A stretch of DNA of 64,000 bases from the NCBI RefSeq assembly GCF_006345805.1, contig NC_043000.1:159712001-159776000 (forward strand), written 5' to 3'. Positions within the stretch are counted from its first letter, which is position 1; the number at the start of each line of letters is the position of its first letter. This stretch comes from Octopus sinensis. Its lineage: Eukaryota. The notes under the pieces were generated by a model that did not search any database, had not been told where the DNA came from, and worked only from the letters and a program-made list of their open reading frames with translations. The position numbers were made by a program, and so were the translations under genes. Positions 38,698-52,335 of the stretch are shown in pieces.

Positions 38698-39122
38698 TAC
38701 TCTTTTACTCTTTACTCTTTTACTTGTTTCAGTCATTTGACTGCGGCCATGCTGGAGCACCGCCTTTAGTCGAGCAAATCGACCCCGGGACTTATTTTTT
38801 GTAAGCCCAGTACTTATTCTATCGGTCTCTTTTGCTGAACAGCTAAGTAACGGGGACATAAACACACCAGCATCGGTTGTCAAGCAATGCTAAGGAGACA
38901 AAGACAGACACACAAACACATACACACACGCACATATATATATATATATACATATATACGACAGGCTTCTTTCAGTTTCCGTCTACCAAATCCACTCACA
39001 AGGCATTGGTCGGCCCGGGGCTATAGCAGAAGACACTTGTCCAAGATGCCACGCAGTGGGACTGAACCCGGAACTATGTGGCTGGTTAGCAAGCTACTTA
39101 CCACACAGCCACTCCTGCGCCT
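38698..39122 (-). mobile_element. Family A SINE, full length
   Basis: Highly similar to 6295-6700. Confidence 0.93.
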
Positions 39123-41114
39123 TTTAAAAAAATTTCTTTAATGACAAGGCAGCTTCTTTAATTGTGTTCTATGACATTGAATAGAAACACATCGTAATAT
39201 ATTCTCAGCTGTAACTTACGTATTTCTTTTACATTTTACAGCTTTGGCCTATTTGTCTAATTTAATATTTACTTTTATGTTTGGTTAGATCTATGAACAA
39301 TGTTTAGTAGGATTTTTTAGTAGGATTTCCAACTGGATATTGATATTTTGATGTCATTTCCATGTAGAAGAAATGATTTATAGATTGTCTGTAACTTCTG
39401 CAACTATTAGTAATTTCTTTTAATAAATCTGCTTATGGTTCCAGGGTTAGGCAAACAAGCAGTGAAATGAATGTCTGAAAGATACCTTTTCTTAGAGGTA
39501 CAGAGCTGGTTTTGAATAAAACTGTGCAGGCGATGCTATTGTGTAAGGAAAATTTTGACACCTTATGTCATTTGTAGTGAATTCAACAGTTTTGTATGTT
39601 ATTAGATAGCTAAATGGCTCTTCTACATTGTAATTGCCATTATTAATTTGCAGTTTGTGATCGCACACTTTTCCATCTTGTTTGCGAAAAGGAAGGCCAA
39701 GTGAGAGGAGTTCTTGTGCTCCACTTTCCTATAGAAACTGAGGTTTTTTTAAAAATTACTAATTGCAAACGGAAATTGTAAAGTTGTGATAAAGAATAGA
39801 GGACAGTGGAATATAGATGGGAAGGGGAGGAGAGAATGAAAAAGTTGTTGGAGGGCTGGATGTTCCGAGTTACACAAGTGGTAGAATCAATCATCAGAAG
39901 GATTTTTACCGTAAAAGAAGGGGTGTCAACGACTCCGATATCACAACAACAGTAGTAATAAATAGTAGTAGTAAGAGTAGGAGCAATAGCAGCTGTAGCT
40001 ATACTAAGACCATAGCTAACATACAGAAGAGGGGTTCGGCAACCATGTGGGTACAAACATTCTATGACCACCGCCTCAAAACAGGAAATAGAAAGATCGA
40101 TGTGAGGTCAACTATACCACAAACCAGGCACTTACCAATAGAACACCACGTTATAAAAGCATCACCAACTTGAGAGAACTACAGTATATCTGATCACACA
40201 TTTCTTTCACTTCCTTTTCTTCTATCCACTTATGCTTCTACATAATTTTGCATCGAACTAAATCCACTGGTTTCACCATAAACTGTACCGATTACATATA
40301 AAGATATTGACGCGTGCGGCTGTTGATAATAGAAAAGCAATATCAACAACATTACGGAATAGAGTACTTAACTTTAGATGTGAAGATTAGCGCGCTACTT
40401 TGAAGGATTGTTATAGATGAAGGCAGAAGAAAAATATTTAACTCTAATTGGTTTCGAACGTCAATAGTATGATTTTGCATTAAATAATAAATGATTACTT
40501 CTATCCTGAAGAAAAATCTTTAATTTCTTCTCGTGAGAAAAATACACTCCAAGGAAAATTCCATTCTATTAAGTATTAGGAAAAGAAATATACCATGTCA
40601 CGCGAATAATTACAGCTCAATATATTAACGCCATCACATTGTTAGATCTCTATCTGGATGTGGAATCAATCAAAAGCAAAGATGTTTATTCTTGTTTCTT
40701 GCTATTAGCGGTCTTTGGCTGTTGGTTTGTGAGGGCTCCTGCGTGTATATTTGAATAATTCTAATGCATAACAGATGTTGGCTTCATTCATACCAAATAA
40801 AGCCTCACCAGTTTGAATGAACTGGTTCAGTGAAAAAACATTTAAAATTAATATTGCTTTCCCATCTAGTAAGCAGTTAGATGAGCTCCTTAGTAATTAA
40901 TTGTTTCTAATTCAGACTCGAGGTAATGATTTTAAGAGGAAGAAGTTAGTCGGTAATAATCGACTCCATTACTTGATAGGTACTCATTTTATCTATCCTG
41001 GAGAAATGAAAAGCGCAATTTGTACTCAGAATGTAAAAAATAGGAACAAATACATTTTCTCTTACTTTCACTATGAAAATGAAATAAAAACAAAACAAAA
41101 CAAAAACAAAACAA

Positions 41115-41115
<1 letters not shown>

Positions 41116-41180
<65 letters not shown>
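41116..41180. repeat. (CA)n microsatellite
   Basis: Direct reading. Confidence 0.95.
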
Positions 41181-41181
<1 letters not shown>

Positions 41182-41280
41182 AAAATAGGGTTTAAAAAGC
41201 CGAAAACATATTACTTTGTGTTTACCTTTAACCAGTAATCCCAATTTTAGTGTATCGAATTGCATCTTTATTTTTTTACC

Positions 41281-41605
41281 TTTCACTCATTACACTCACT
41301 GGACAGCGGCCATCCTGGGGCACCGCATTGAAGAATTTACTTAAACAAATCGCTCTCAGTGCTGATTTTTAATGTCTGGCACTTATTTTATCGAATTCTT
41401 TTGTCGAACCGCAAAGTTAAGGGGAAGTAGATAAATGAACACCAGTTGTCAAGCGCAACACAAAGACATTCACAATTATACGTTGGGATTCTATGCAGTT
41501 TCCGCCTGCCAAATTTATTGACAATCTATTTATCAATTCGAAGCTTTAGTAAAAAATACTTGCCCAAGGTTCCGTGCATTGGGACAGAACCCAAAAGCAC
41601 ATGCC
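41281..41605 (-). mobile_element. Strongly diverged family A SINE
   Basis: gcggccatcctggggcaccgc, gtcgaaccgc and ttgcccaaggt motifs. Confidence 0.65.
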
Positions 41606-41950
41606 TTTGCCTATGCGGAAATCCTCTTTTTTGCTCTACCAGAGTAATCCTGTGGAGGTATTGTGATTTGTTTCACTCTGCTTTTCTTTATGCATTATAT
41701 ATTGTATTGTTATGATTTATCTTCATAAGCCCTGCCAATATGATTGAACTTTTATTCTGATATATCCTTTTTAATAATGTCCTTCGAAAGTAATTGACTA
41801 TCTATATCAAGTACGAGATTCTTTGGGAGAAGCTCTCACAATTTTAAACATTTTTTTCAGTTCTCATCTGGAATGTCAATGCTAGGATTAGTGGCTTAAA
41901 TATTTCTTTCACATGAAAGATCTATCTCCTCAGAATTCTATTTGTTATTA

Positions 41951-42047
<97 letters not shown>

Positions 42048-42857
42048 CACATACATGCACGCATTTATATGCATACATATATATTAGATATCTTTCTTCC
42101 TGTTTCACCAAGTAACGATTCTTTTCCTTTTTACTTGGTCTTGTATTGTATTTCATCTTTCCCTGCTGTATTTAGGTGAGATTTGCTGAGGAAATATTTA
42201 CTTCAAACCAGTTTCCCTAGCAACTACATAAATTTAGGTATTTTTGTAATGCGATTTTCTTTTTGCCGAAAGTATTTCTTGAAGGGCCTCATTGTATTAT
42301 TGGCTATTATTTTCTATAATTGTTCATTTATTCTTAACTTGGAGAGGTGTTTTCATTGATCCACAGATATTGATTTTGTTATGCCTAGTTTTAGTATTTC
42401 ATTTATAGCTTCTGTTAGATTTTCGAAATAGCTCTCTTTGCATGTGCTTTAGTTTTTTACTTGTTGGATCATGAGCCAGTTGTTGTTGTCGGTGTCGTCT
42501 TCGTTGTTGTTGTTGCTATTATTCACTATTTTTTTCCATGTGATCTTATCTGGCCATCTACTTTTTTTTCTTTTGCATACTCAATTGTATACAATCCTAA
42601 CAAAAACGAAATATGACGCATTTTATTTTATATTTGTCAGGATCTTCTATACCGCAGTTAACAGTGCAATGAATAGATACCATTGTTTATTTCACATGGT
42701 ACCTATTTTTGTCTAATGCTCTTTTTTAGAATCTAGTTGTTACTAATTATGAAGTTACCAGAAACATTTTGTTTGAATTTTGATTCCCCCCATTTAGTTA
42801 ACTATTTCTCTAATCATAAATGTACCAAAAAGATTACATTTTGCTTTAAGTATTTCT

Positions 42858-42884
42858 TTATCTATCTATCTATCTATCTATCTA

Positions 42885-42924
<40 letters not shown>

Positions 42925-43433
42925 GATCGGTCGATCTGTGCCTGTAGCCATCCATCCATCCATCCAGTCGTCCCTCTATCTCATTAACTTTTTCTTCTTT
43001 TTCTTCTTCTTTTTCCTCCTCCTACTCTTCCATTCGTCTTCCTCCCCTTCCTCTTCATTCCCCCCTTCCTTCTCTTCCACTTCCACTTCCACATCTTTCT
43101 CCTCCACTTCTTCGTTTTCTTTCTCCCCTCCTCCTCCTCCATTTTCTCTTCCTAATCACCCTCCTCCTCTCCTCATTCCCCCTTCCCTTCCTCCTCATCC
43201 CCTTGTTCCTCTTCCCCTCCTATCCCCGCGTTTTCCTCCTCCTCCACACCCTCCTCCCCCCCTCTTCTTCCTATCCTCTCCCTCCTCCTCTTTCTCTTCT
43301 CTTCCACTTCTCTTCCTCTTCCACTTCCTCTTCTGCTCGTCCTCCCCTCCTCTTTTTCTCTCCTCCTCTTCCTTCTCTTCCTCTTGCTCCTCATTCCCTC
43401 CTCTCCTCCTCCCTCGTCCTTTTTATCTCACTG

Positions 43434-43464
<31 letters not shown>

Positions 43465-43614
43465 CATACATACATACATACATACATACATTCATTCATA
43501 CATACATACATACATACATACATACATACATACATACATACATACATACATACATACATACATACATACATAGAGACATACATACATACATACATACATA
43601 CATACATACATACA

Positions 43615-43645
<31 letters not shown>
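42858..43645. repeat. (TCTA)n, ~450-bp polypyrimidine tract, then (CATA)n
   Basis: Direct reading. Confidence 0.95.
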
Positions 43646-45114
43646 TTTTATATATTCCTTCTGAAAAACCTGTGTAAAAATGTAACGTGGGTTAAATTTT
43701 GGAGTCTTCCTTCCACTATTTTCAATAAATTTAAGTCTGAATATATTTCTTTCAAAGACATTTCTTTCTGTAAGGTTTCTTCATGCTAGCAATTTCTCTA
43801 TGTGCATCTCTCCCTTTCTTCATTTCGTTCCATATACATACATAAACACACACATATGTACATATACATAAAGGCATACATGGAGACATCTACATACATT
43901 TGCACGCACACTCACACACACACACACACATACACATACAAACGCACACACATAATCTTTGTTATACTTTCGAATTGATAACCACGTTTACCAGCATGCT
44001 TTGATATTATGTTTTAATATTTACGTCCACTACACTCTAGTAAGAGCCTTCGTCCCCATCGAACTCTTCCGTTTCTCTGTATGTACAGGAATCTATTCTA
44101 GTCTTTGGAATGTTGCTACAATGTGTTTCGGAATCTTGCTACAATACGTTCCATAATCAAAGAGTAAATTTTCTGACAATGTGAAATTCCATTCAATTGT
44201 TTTCATAACCAACATTGTATAGTAATAAAGGCGACTACTGATAATCATCTCATTTATCAACTTAAATCTCTTTTCTTCTTTAAGGACGACAATATAACCC
44301 CCATATATCTGTTTTGTTTGTAAGGTCTGGAGTAGAGGAGCTTCATGAATAGCTTCCACGTGGCTTTTTAAAGCTAATGAGATTGATGTCAAATATTTCA
44401 TTTAATTTGTTGCTTGTCGGTGACAGCAGAAAAACTGTACAAGGAATGAATGTACAAGAAAGGACGTTCTGGAGAAGGGCTGCACCTAGTCGAAACCGAA
44501 ATAACGAAGAGACGAGAAACTCGTGTTTTTGTTAATTATCCACCGTTTAATATCTCGTATTTTATCGATTTTGTTATAATGACTCGCGCCAAAGACACAG
44601 ACACAACCAACTTATGAGAATCATCGTTATGAACCCCTGCGAAATTCTTCACTAATTTGTCAGCTGTAAGCATTCTGTGCCTGGTATTGGATTTTTTTTC
44701 CTGCTAGAATTGATACAACGGTTGCTCGTGGTAGCACATATGAAAAAAATTGCCCTAACAATACTGGTTTGTATAGAGGAGGTATCACCTACTGATGAAA
44801 CCAAGTTTCTTCTTCGTCAACGCAAGCTTCAGTTTTGTAGGCACAAGTTTTGCCGATCATGGTGGTACCAGAATCGGTAGTAATACTATTGCTGATGACT
44901 GTAACGTCAGAGAGGGGAAAGAGAAAATAAACGTAGTAAATGTCATAAGTGAAGTGACGAATAGGTTAAACGATGTAATTGCAAAGCCAGAAAGATCTGT
45001 GGAACAGAGACCAATTGATAAAGCGATATAAAAAAAAAACACTACGTGGAGACAACATACATGTGGTCAGTTGCAATGTATCCATTAATGATGGATCCGC
45101 ACACACATGGATCC

Positions 45115-45262
45115 GCACACACACACATATATACATATACATATATACATATACATATATACATATACATATATACATATACATATATACATATACATAT
45201 ATACATATACATATATACATATACATATATACATATACATATATACATATACATATATATAT
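45115..45262. repeat. (TA/CA) compound satellite
   Basis: Direct reading. Confidence 0.9.
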
Positions 45263-45263
45263 A

Positions 45264-46056
45264 CACGTGGTCTTATCAGTGAGTATGCGGGCTGTTGCCA
45301 TAGTAACGAAGTTAAGGCATGCAGAGTGAAGCTGGTTGGTACGTCTTCACATTGGACTTTGATTTGCATGCACACTAAGTTTTAACATTTTAGCTCTCAT
45401 TTGCTGATTACAGCAGTGCTCGGAAGGAACGTATGTAGCGTCTGATCGCATTGACCATGAGCTGTCATGACAATACTTGCTCAGAGGCCAGTACAAAGTT
45501 GCAGAAATTGTATGGAGAGGAATGTATGATCTACAAACAAGTGTACGAGTGGTTCAGACGTATCCAAGATGGCCGAAAAAATGTCAATATTTACGAACGT
45601 TCTGGGAGACTCGCCACCAGGGGAACTGAGAAAAACATTGTAGATACGCGTGCAGCTGTGAAGGGAAAATCGTCGAATCAGCATCCATGAGTTATCAGAG
45701 GATTTGCAGGTGCAGTTCAGTCCATTAGTACTGAAAATTTGGGTATGACATGCGTGTCTGCCAAAACTGCTTTCAGCTGACCAAAAAGACACTCTGGTTT
45801 CAGTTGCACAAGATCTAGATTGTGTCGAGAACAACACAATCTCATCTCATCTTTGTCTGTCATGGTCAATGCGACGATCACACGCTACACACCTTCCTTC
45901 CAAGCACTGCTGTAAACAACGTAAGTGAGCTAGAACGTTAAACTGATTGCACATGCACATCGGAGTCCACAAAATCTGCACTAAGCGGCTTCACTCTGCG
46001 TGCTAGAGCTTTGTGGCTATGGCAGCAGTCCAAATAGTCATTGATCAGACCATGTG
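45264..46056 (+). mobile_element. Internally deleted mariner-type transposon
   Basis: TA-flanked imperfect TIRs (cacgtggtcttatcagt / ttgatcagaccatgtg); KLYGEECMIYKQVYEWFRRIQDGRKNV..ERSGR is a mariner N-terminal HTH. Confidence 0.85.
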
Positions 46057-46081
46057 TATACATACACACACACACACACAC

Positions 46082-46115
<34 letters not shown>

Positions 46116-46131
46116 AAGATATGTATATATA

Positions 46132-46315
46132 TGTAGCGTGGAAGGTATTTGTAAGACATTTAAGAAACACACAAAAGCCGTTCGATTCACTTCAACATTT
46201 AAGTTTAATTTGTCAAAATATTTTCGTCGCTTTAAGTCCGCAACCTGTTCACTGAAGTGAATCGAACAGCTTTTGTGTGTTTCTTAAATGGCTTACAAAC
46301 ACCTTCCACGCTGCA
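46132..46315. repeat. Foldback in (TA)n, possibly Penelope-derived
   Basis: Arms 46132-46194 / 46254-46315. Confidence 0.8.
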
Positions 46316-46379
46316 ATTGTTTTCGTTCCAGCACACGATCTCAGATCAAATCACTTGCTATGCAAGTACATCTCCGTAG

Positions 46380-46552
46380 TATATATATATGTATATATAT
46401 GTATATATATATATATATTATATATACATATGTATATATATGTATGTATATATACATATGTATATATATGTATATATATTATATATATATATATATGTAT
46501 ATGTATCTATGTATATATACATATATGTATATGTATATGTATATGTATATAT

Positions 46553-46595
<43 letters not shown>

Positions 46596-46644
46596 GTATC
46601 TATGTATATATACATATATGTATATGTATATGCATATGTATATG

Positions 46645-46678
<34 letters not shown>

Positions 46679-46704
46679 ATATATAATATGTATATATATA
46701 TATA
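46380..46704. repeat. (TA)n/(ATGT) compound array
   Basis: Direct reading. Confidence 0.95.
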
Positions 46705-46833
46705 CATGGTCTGATCAATGACTATTTGGACTTCTGCCATAGCCACAAAGCTATAGCACGCAGGGGGAAGCCGCTTAGTACAGATTGACCTTGGACTCCG
46801 ATGTGCATGTGCACTCAGTTAAACGTTCTAGCT
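46705..46833 (+). mobile_element. Solo mariner terminal fragment
   Basis: Close inverted copy of 45929-46056. Confidence 0.8.
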
Positions 46834-47158
46834 AATACGGTTAGGATCGATTTTTCAAACACAAAAAAATCTCTTACAAATTATCTCTTCACATAATGAC
46901 AAACTGTTAAATATTAATACATTTACTAATACTAACATTAATTTAGCTAATACCATACAACCCTCTAGAAATATTAATAACAAGGTTATTGTATCTGAAG
47001 TCAATAGAATTAAGTTTATGTCAAGTAACTCTAAGATTAAAAATTCTATATACCAGTGTATAATCAGTACTCGTAATAAAGTACGATTTTACATTGGAAG
47101 CATATCGTTAGTGTTATCTGAAATAATTTCTATCCATTACTCAACATTTAGGGATAGA

Positions 47159-47665
47159 AATAGTTATCGCCATACTTATATGGCAGTCTTATAAATATAA
47201 GACTAAAGCTGTCGCTGATTAGCTCCAAGAGCTAGCTATTTGACAAACAACCTGCGTCCATTATAAACCTTCGAACAGGGGAGGTCAGCCGCTTCATCTT
47301 GCCAGTCAGACAGCTGCAGACATGTTTCAGGGTATTTGCCTTTTATCAATGCAGCGTAGTCAGACCCAGCAGGTGTCGCTACTGACTGTCCCTGTTCGAA
47401 GAATCTATTTACCTAGTTTCAGTGGAATACATCCACTTGTTTTCAATAATAGAAATATTAAAATTACTAAGTCTCTCTAAAGGAGATTACGGTAGCGTTA
47501 CTGGAAATTAATAGTTACGCCATACTTATATGGCAGTCTTATAAATATAAGTCTAAAGGTTGTGTGTCAAATAGCTAGCTTGAGGCGGTGGCCTCTTGGA
47601 GCTAATCAGCGACAGCTTTATTCTTATATTTATGAAACTGCCATATAAGTATGGCGATAACTATT
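47159..47665 (-). mobile_element. Second-family Penelope-like pseudo-LTR element (~350-nt unit, partial tandem copy, inverted copy) with a decayed hammerhead at 47314-47354
   Basis: Direct repeats starting at 47159 and 47510; inverted copy 47557-47665; minus strand CUGCA-UUGAUAA-aAGG(CAAAUAC)CCU-GAAA-C(AU)G-UC/UGCAG. Confidence 0.65.
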
Positions 47666-49664
47666 AATTAGACTTTTATTATAGATATTTTTCGTCGATT
47701 TTCTTAATATTTTACATATATTTCAAAAATAGCAAATGTTGTTTGCGATTTTAATACAGTTTCTTTGCATTATGACGGTGAATGGAATATGTGAACTTAG
47801 TACAGATAACTTTACATTATTTTTGAATTGTGCACTCAAAAACATATGATACATGTATTCTTCTTGGGACAAATTGTTGGCCAGTGTAATTCCCATCCTA
47901 GTTTACAAATCCAAACACGAAAATGATACTCAACTTTGAAGTTTTGGAGACACACGTCCCCTTCCCCCCACACACACTCACACACATACACACACATGCA
48001 CTTATATATTAATGATGCACATGACAGGTATATATAATACTGAAATACACGTAAAGACAAATATATTAATATAACAAATTTTATAAAAATAATAAAAAAA
48101 TACAATCAATGAAGAGACAAAAGAAACAGTAAGATAATACATGTTGATTTTATTAGGTATTTCTGTTTATGTAGAAACCTACAATGATGAGGTCATTTCA
48201 CACACGCTAAGCCATAAATTTCACAGGGTACAGCCTTACAGTTGACACCGCTCAGCTAAGCGCAGAAAATTTCTGTCTCGCTAAAACTGCACAATTTTCA
48301 ATTTTTGAACCACTGTAACTTTTTCCTCCAATTTTTTTTCTCCACAGCATTATACCCTCAAAGCAATTAGACTGGAAAACTTTACTATCAAAGGCAATTT
48401 TCAGATTGTTTTTACTGTCTTTTAAAAAATGTATATTTTGCGAATGAAAAAAAAAAAAAGATCCTATATATGTAAACTGTAATTTAGATTCAGTTGAATT
48501 AGGTACTTAAATTGAGACACGTTGTTAGGACGAACTAATTTGCACACTCAAATAATATTAGGTGAATATGAAACTCTGCTTAGAAATTTTAACACTCAAT
48601 ATTCATGCAGTGTATACAGATGGCATTTAGTAAGTAAATCTGCTTTTGATTGTTTAGATATGTACTTTATATAAAGATATTTTCCAAATACTTCCCAAGT
48701 AAAGATTCCAGGGTAGGTGAATGAGTAAAATATAAATGAGTAACAAAGATGTATAAGTGTCAATTCATTACGACCGTTTTGAGCGACTCCTTTAACTTAT
48801 CAATGAAAATGTTACATCATTACAAAGAAAACCGTTCTCATCAGATGACCACATAGACCTCAAGCATAAAGGACAAGTTAGATAGTTAAACATATTCATA
48901 TTATCTATAGAAAGCAAATATTTACAATGATTCCGCTGCTGAATGTATTGGCAAAATGAAAAAAGGACAGTACAGCGAAAGACAAGCAAGAAATTAGCAT
49001 ACGCAAGAGTATGAGATGGGGGATGAATGAGAGCAGTGACACCGTTATCTATACATCGAAGACAACAGGGGGGAATGTTAGTTGCAAAACATCTAAAATT
49101 AGATTTTTAAGGAGTTATAAATTAATTAGTATCATGACAGACTGTTCTACTATCTAAGAAAATGGGACTTTACATCCGGCTATATCAACACTAAAAAAGG
49201 TAGGTCATGGGGTGGTAAACGAGAATGGCTGATGGGGAAGTGGTGATAATAGAAAGAGAAGAGGGGATAGTGATAGCCAATATAGCTTATTTTATTGTCA
49301 TTTTAAAAGGGAAGGAAAAGTGAACTGTTAAAAGGAATACCTCTTAAAGGATTATGGGTGGGATATGAATTGAAGAAGTAAGTTCTAACCTTAGAAATTT
49401 CAGATATAACTAAATACGGGGATTATGTGTAATTTAATATATAATAATATAAGGTTGCATCATATAACTAATTTTATGAAAAAATTTTAAATAATATATT
49501 TCCACCAAATTTTTATGCTATACAAACTTTAAGAATATAAGGAAATACAAAATAAAAATAAAAACATAACCAAATATAAATATAAAAATAATATACTAAA
49601 ATATAAAAAATATAAAAGATATATATATATATATATGCTAAAGCATGAACTATAAAGCATATAA

Positions 49665-49704
<40 letters not shown>

Positions 49705-50358
49705 TATATGTATATATATACAACAGAATGTGTAAAAATATGGTAATTTTATAATTATAGGTTCACAGTACACTGTGGGACTATATGAAAAACATTTAAA
49801 ATTGTGAAAGTATTAATAAAACATCCCAAATTATGAAAAATATATGAAGAATATACGAAATCTTAAGATATAAGGATATAAGATATAAGATTTATAAAAT
49901 ATCCGAGGAAATATAAGAAAATATCTGAGAGAAGAATTATAATAAAAGCCATAACAAAAAATTATTAAAAATTTTTTCATAAAAGTAAGCCAATAAAAGA
50001 TGCTATATTAAGATATATAAAAAAGAAATAAGGTAATATAAAATGAAAATAAAGAAAATATTATAATGGAATTGTTATATAAATAGATAAAACCAGAATA
50101 TTAATTATTAATACTAGATGGAAAAGGCATAAGTATACCGGGTTATAATAGAGATAAAATAGATTTATAATTATCATTAGAAATAGGATAAGAAAATATA
50201 TTTAAAATGCAAGGAAGAACAAGGATTGTGGTATGATAGTAACAGATCATAGAGGAGATATTTTATAATCAGGGAAGATTTGAAATTGCCGGATTAGTTA
50301 GGAAAAAATAGTATATTTATATTGACCGTGATATAATATTGTTATTATTATTACTACC

Positions 50359-50867
50359 TGGAAAAATGCGAGCATGAAAAGTAATATTCTTAAGATTATA
50401 AACCTGGAAAAGTACAGGACAAGTTATTACACCTGTAAAAGTATAGGACTAGCTATTCTAGTGAAGTAAAGAATAAGAAACTTTCTACTTAGAATACTGC
50501 GGCAAAGAATACCAGTTCTTCTAATTTATCACTCTTTACAGTTCTCATCTTTAAAATTTATTGTACAAAACTTAAAATTTGTAAGTTTGTCTAATTAGTC
50601 CCTTTTTTCTGTATTTAAGGTAGTAAATTAGCTAAATTCTACTTAAATAAGTATAGTATTATTTGTAAGTTTTAATATTAAAATTTTAATTTTAGCTGCA
50701 ATATTTTAAGTAAATAGTTTCTTATTCCTTACTAGAAGTAATAGCTTGTCCTAAACTTTTACAGGTGTAATAACTTGTCCTGTACTTTTACAGGTGTAGT
50801 AACTTGTCCTGTACTTTTCTAGGTGTATAATCTTAAGAATATTACTGTTCATGTTCGCATTTTTCCA
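50359..50867. mobile_element. MITE-like foldback with 29-bp subrepeats
   Basis: Arms 50359-50482 / 50716-50867; subrepeat present twice in the left arm and three times in the right (50740-50826); no TSD seen. Confidence 0.7.
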
Positions 50868-51609
50868 TGTAATCCATGGTTTTTTCAGGCATTGCTGTTA
50901 AAAGATAATTAATAATGTGTCAATTAATAAATTAAGATTTTTACTGAAAGATATTTTTATTTTTCCATGTAATTGATGATAATATTTCAATTTTTTCATG
51001 TTTAATTTAAATCTATGTTGTGATTGAATTATTTGATATTAGCCATGCACATCAAATTAATGGCAGGGATTTTTACCATTTTGTTGGTTGCACCATGGCT
51101 CACCAAAAGTTACAAACAATGACACCAAAACCATCAATTACCAGGCTCACCTTAAGTAACCTAATTTTGCAATATTAGGAGGTCACAGGAATTCATTCAA
51201 CGGAAAAAAAATTCCAATGATTCCGAACCAAAATAAGGGATTTGCAGCATATTAGGAGGTCAGGGTACTTGTTTCGACGCAAAAATCAAATTTTTTGTTT
51301 TTCTTTTCCTTAGTGAAAATTATGCGGGTGTTAATATAGAAATTTACCATAATATTGTTGCTATTTAGCCTCAAATCAACCCTGATACTGCAAACCTACC
51401 TTCAAAGACATTCCAGCCTTTAGCAAACCGTGTTTTTAGGGATGTCGAGCGACCAGGTAGAACCATTGGTTCGATTGCCTGATGAGATTTTTTTTACACA
51501 TATATGTAATATGTATATATATCAACGGCAGAAGTTAGAGAGTAAGTCAAAAGCTGAGAGTTTCGTGTATTGGCACTTATCAAACACGAATATGTCCATT
51601 GTCACTCTG

Positions 51610-51812
51610 TAACTTCTGACGAAATAACTTCCAAAATACAAAATTTTGTCAAAAACGTTTCAAGTGCAAAACCCGTTCTATGTGACACATGGTACCAGTA
51701 TCCGGAGTTTGAAAGTGTTTAGTTAAAAAAAATAATAATTAAATAATCTGTACGTCAAAGTCGACCTCGGCGAAATTTGAACTCAAAATGCAAAGACAGA
51801 CGAAATACCGAC
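51610..51812 (-). mobile_element. Fragment of the GGATC-TIR family followed by a family B SINE fragment
   Basis: aaaattttgtcaaaaacgtt..ccagtat resembles 7165-7225; aagtcgacctcggcgaaatttgaactc is the family B core. Confidence 0.6.
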
Positions 51813-51910
51813 AAAATATATATGAATTTCAGGAGTATTGTTTTGCAAGCAGTTTAGATTTAATTTTAGCTTGACGCTAATTTTCTTCTTAGACCTCGAT
51901 TTTTGGGTTT

Positions 51911-51947
<37 letters not shown>

Positions 51948-51956
51948 GCACATTCT

Positions 51957-52335
51957 TTTATTTCTTCAGTCATTTGACTGGGACCAAGCTGGAGTACCAC
52001 CTTTAGTAGAACAAATCGACCCCAGGACTTATTCTTTGTAGCATAGTTCTGGTTCTGTCGGCCTCTTTTGCCGAACCGCTAATTTACGGGGACGTTAACA
52101 CACCAACATCGGTTGTCAAGTGATGGTGAGGGGGACAAACGCAGACACACAAACAAACAAACACACATACACATATATACGACAGGCTTCTTTCAGTTTC
52201 CGTCTACCAAATCTACTCACAAGGCTTTGGTCGGTCTGAGGCTATAGTAGAAAACACTTGCCCACGGTGCCCCGCAGTGAAACTGAACTTGGAGCCATGT
52301 GACTGGCGTGCAAGCTACTTATCACACAATCACTA
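51957..52335 (-). mobile_element. Family A SINE
   Basis: Colinear motifs. Confidence 0.88.

Noticed and set aside
39650-40175. ORFs of 142 and 118 aa and a short ankyrin-like RTLFHLVCEK segment
   Set aside because: No consistent exon structure or recognisable domain
42737-43677. Pro/Ser-rich 278-aa ORF
   Set aside because: Low-complexity TCTA, polypyrimidine and CATA sequence
44468-44515. CTGGAGA..CGAAAC resembling a Penelope-end ribozyme
   Set aside because: Core and stems not satisfiable
49300-50350. Very AT-rich tract suggesting a mitochondrial insertion
   Set aside because: No mitochondrial gene, tRNA or rRNA motif could be recognised; BLASTN against the mitogenome would settle it
50740-50826. 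Three 29-bp repeats resembling a CRISPR array
   Set aside because: No spacers, eukaryotic context, no cas genes
51545-51600. Hammerhead-like UUGAUAA-GUG..CAC-GAAAC on the minus strand
   Set aside because: Core has two mismatches and no stem I pairing
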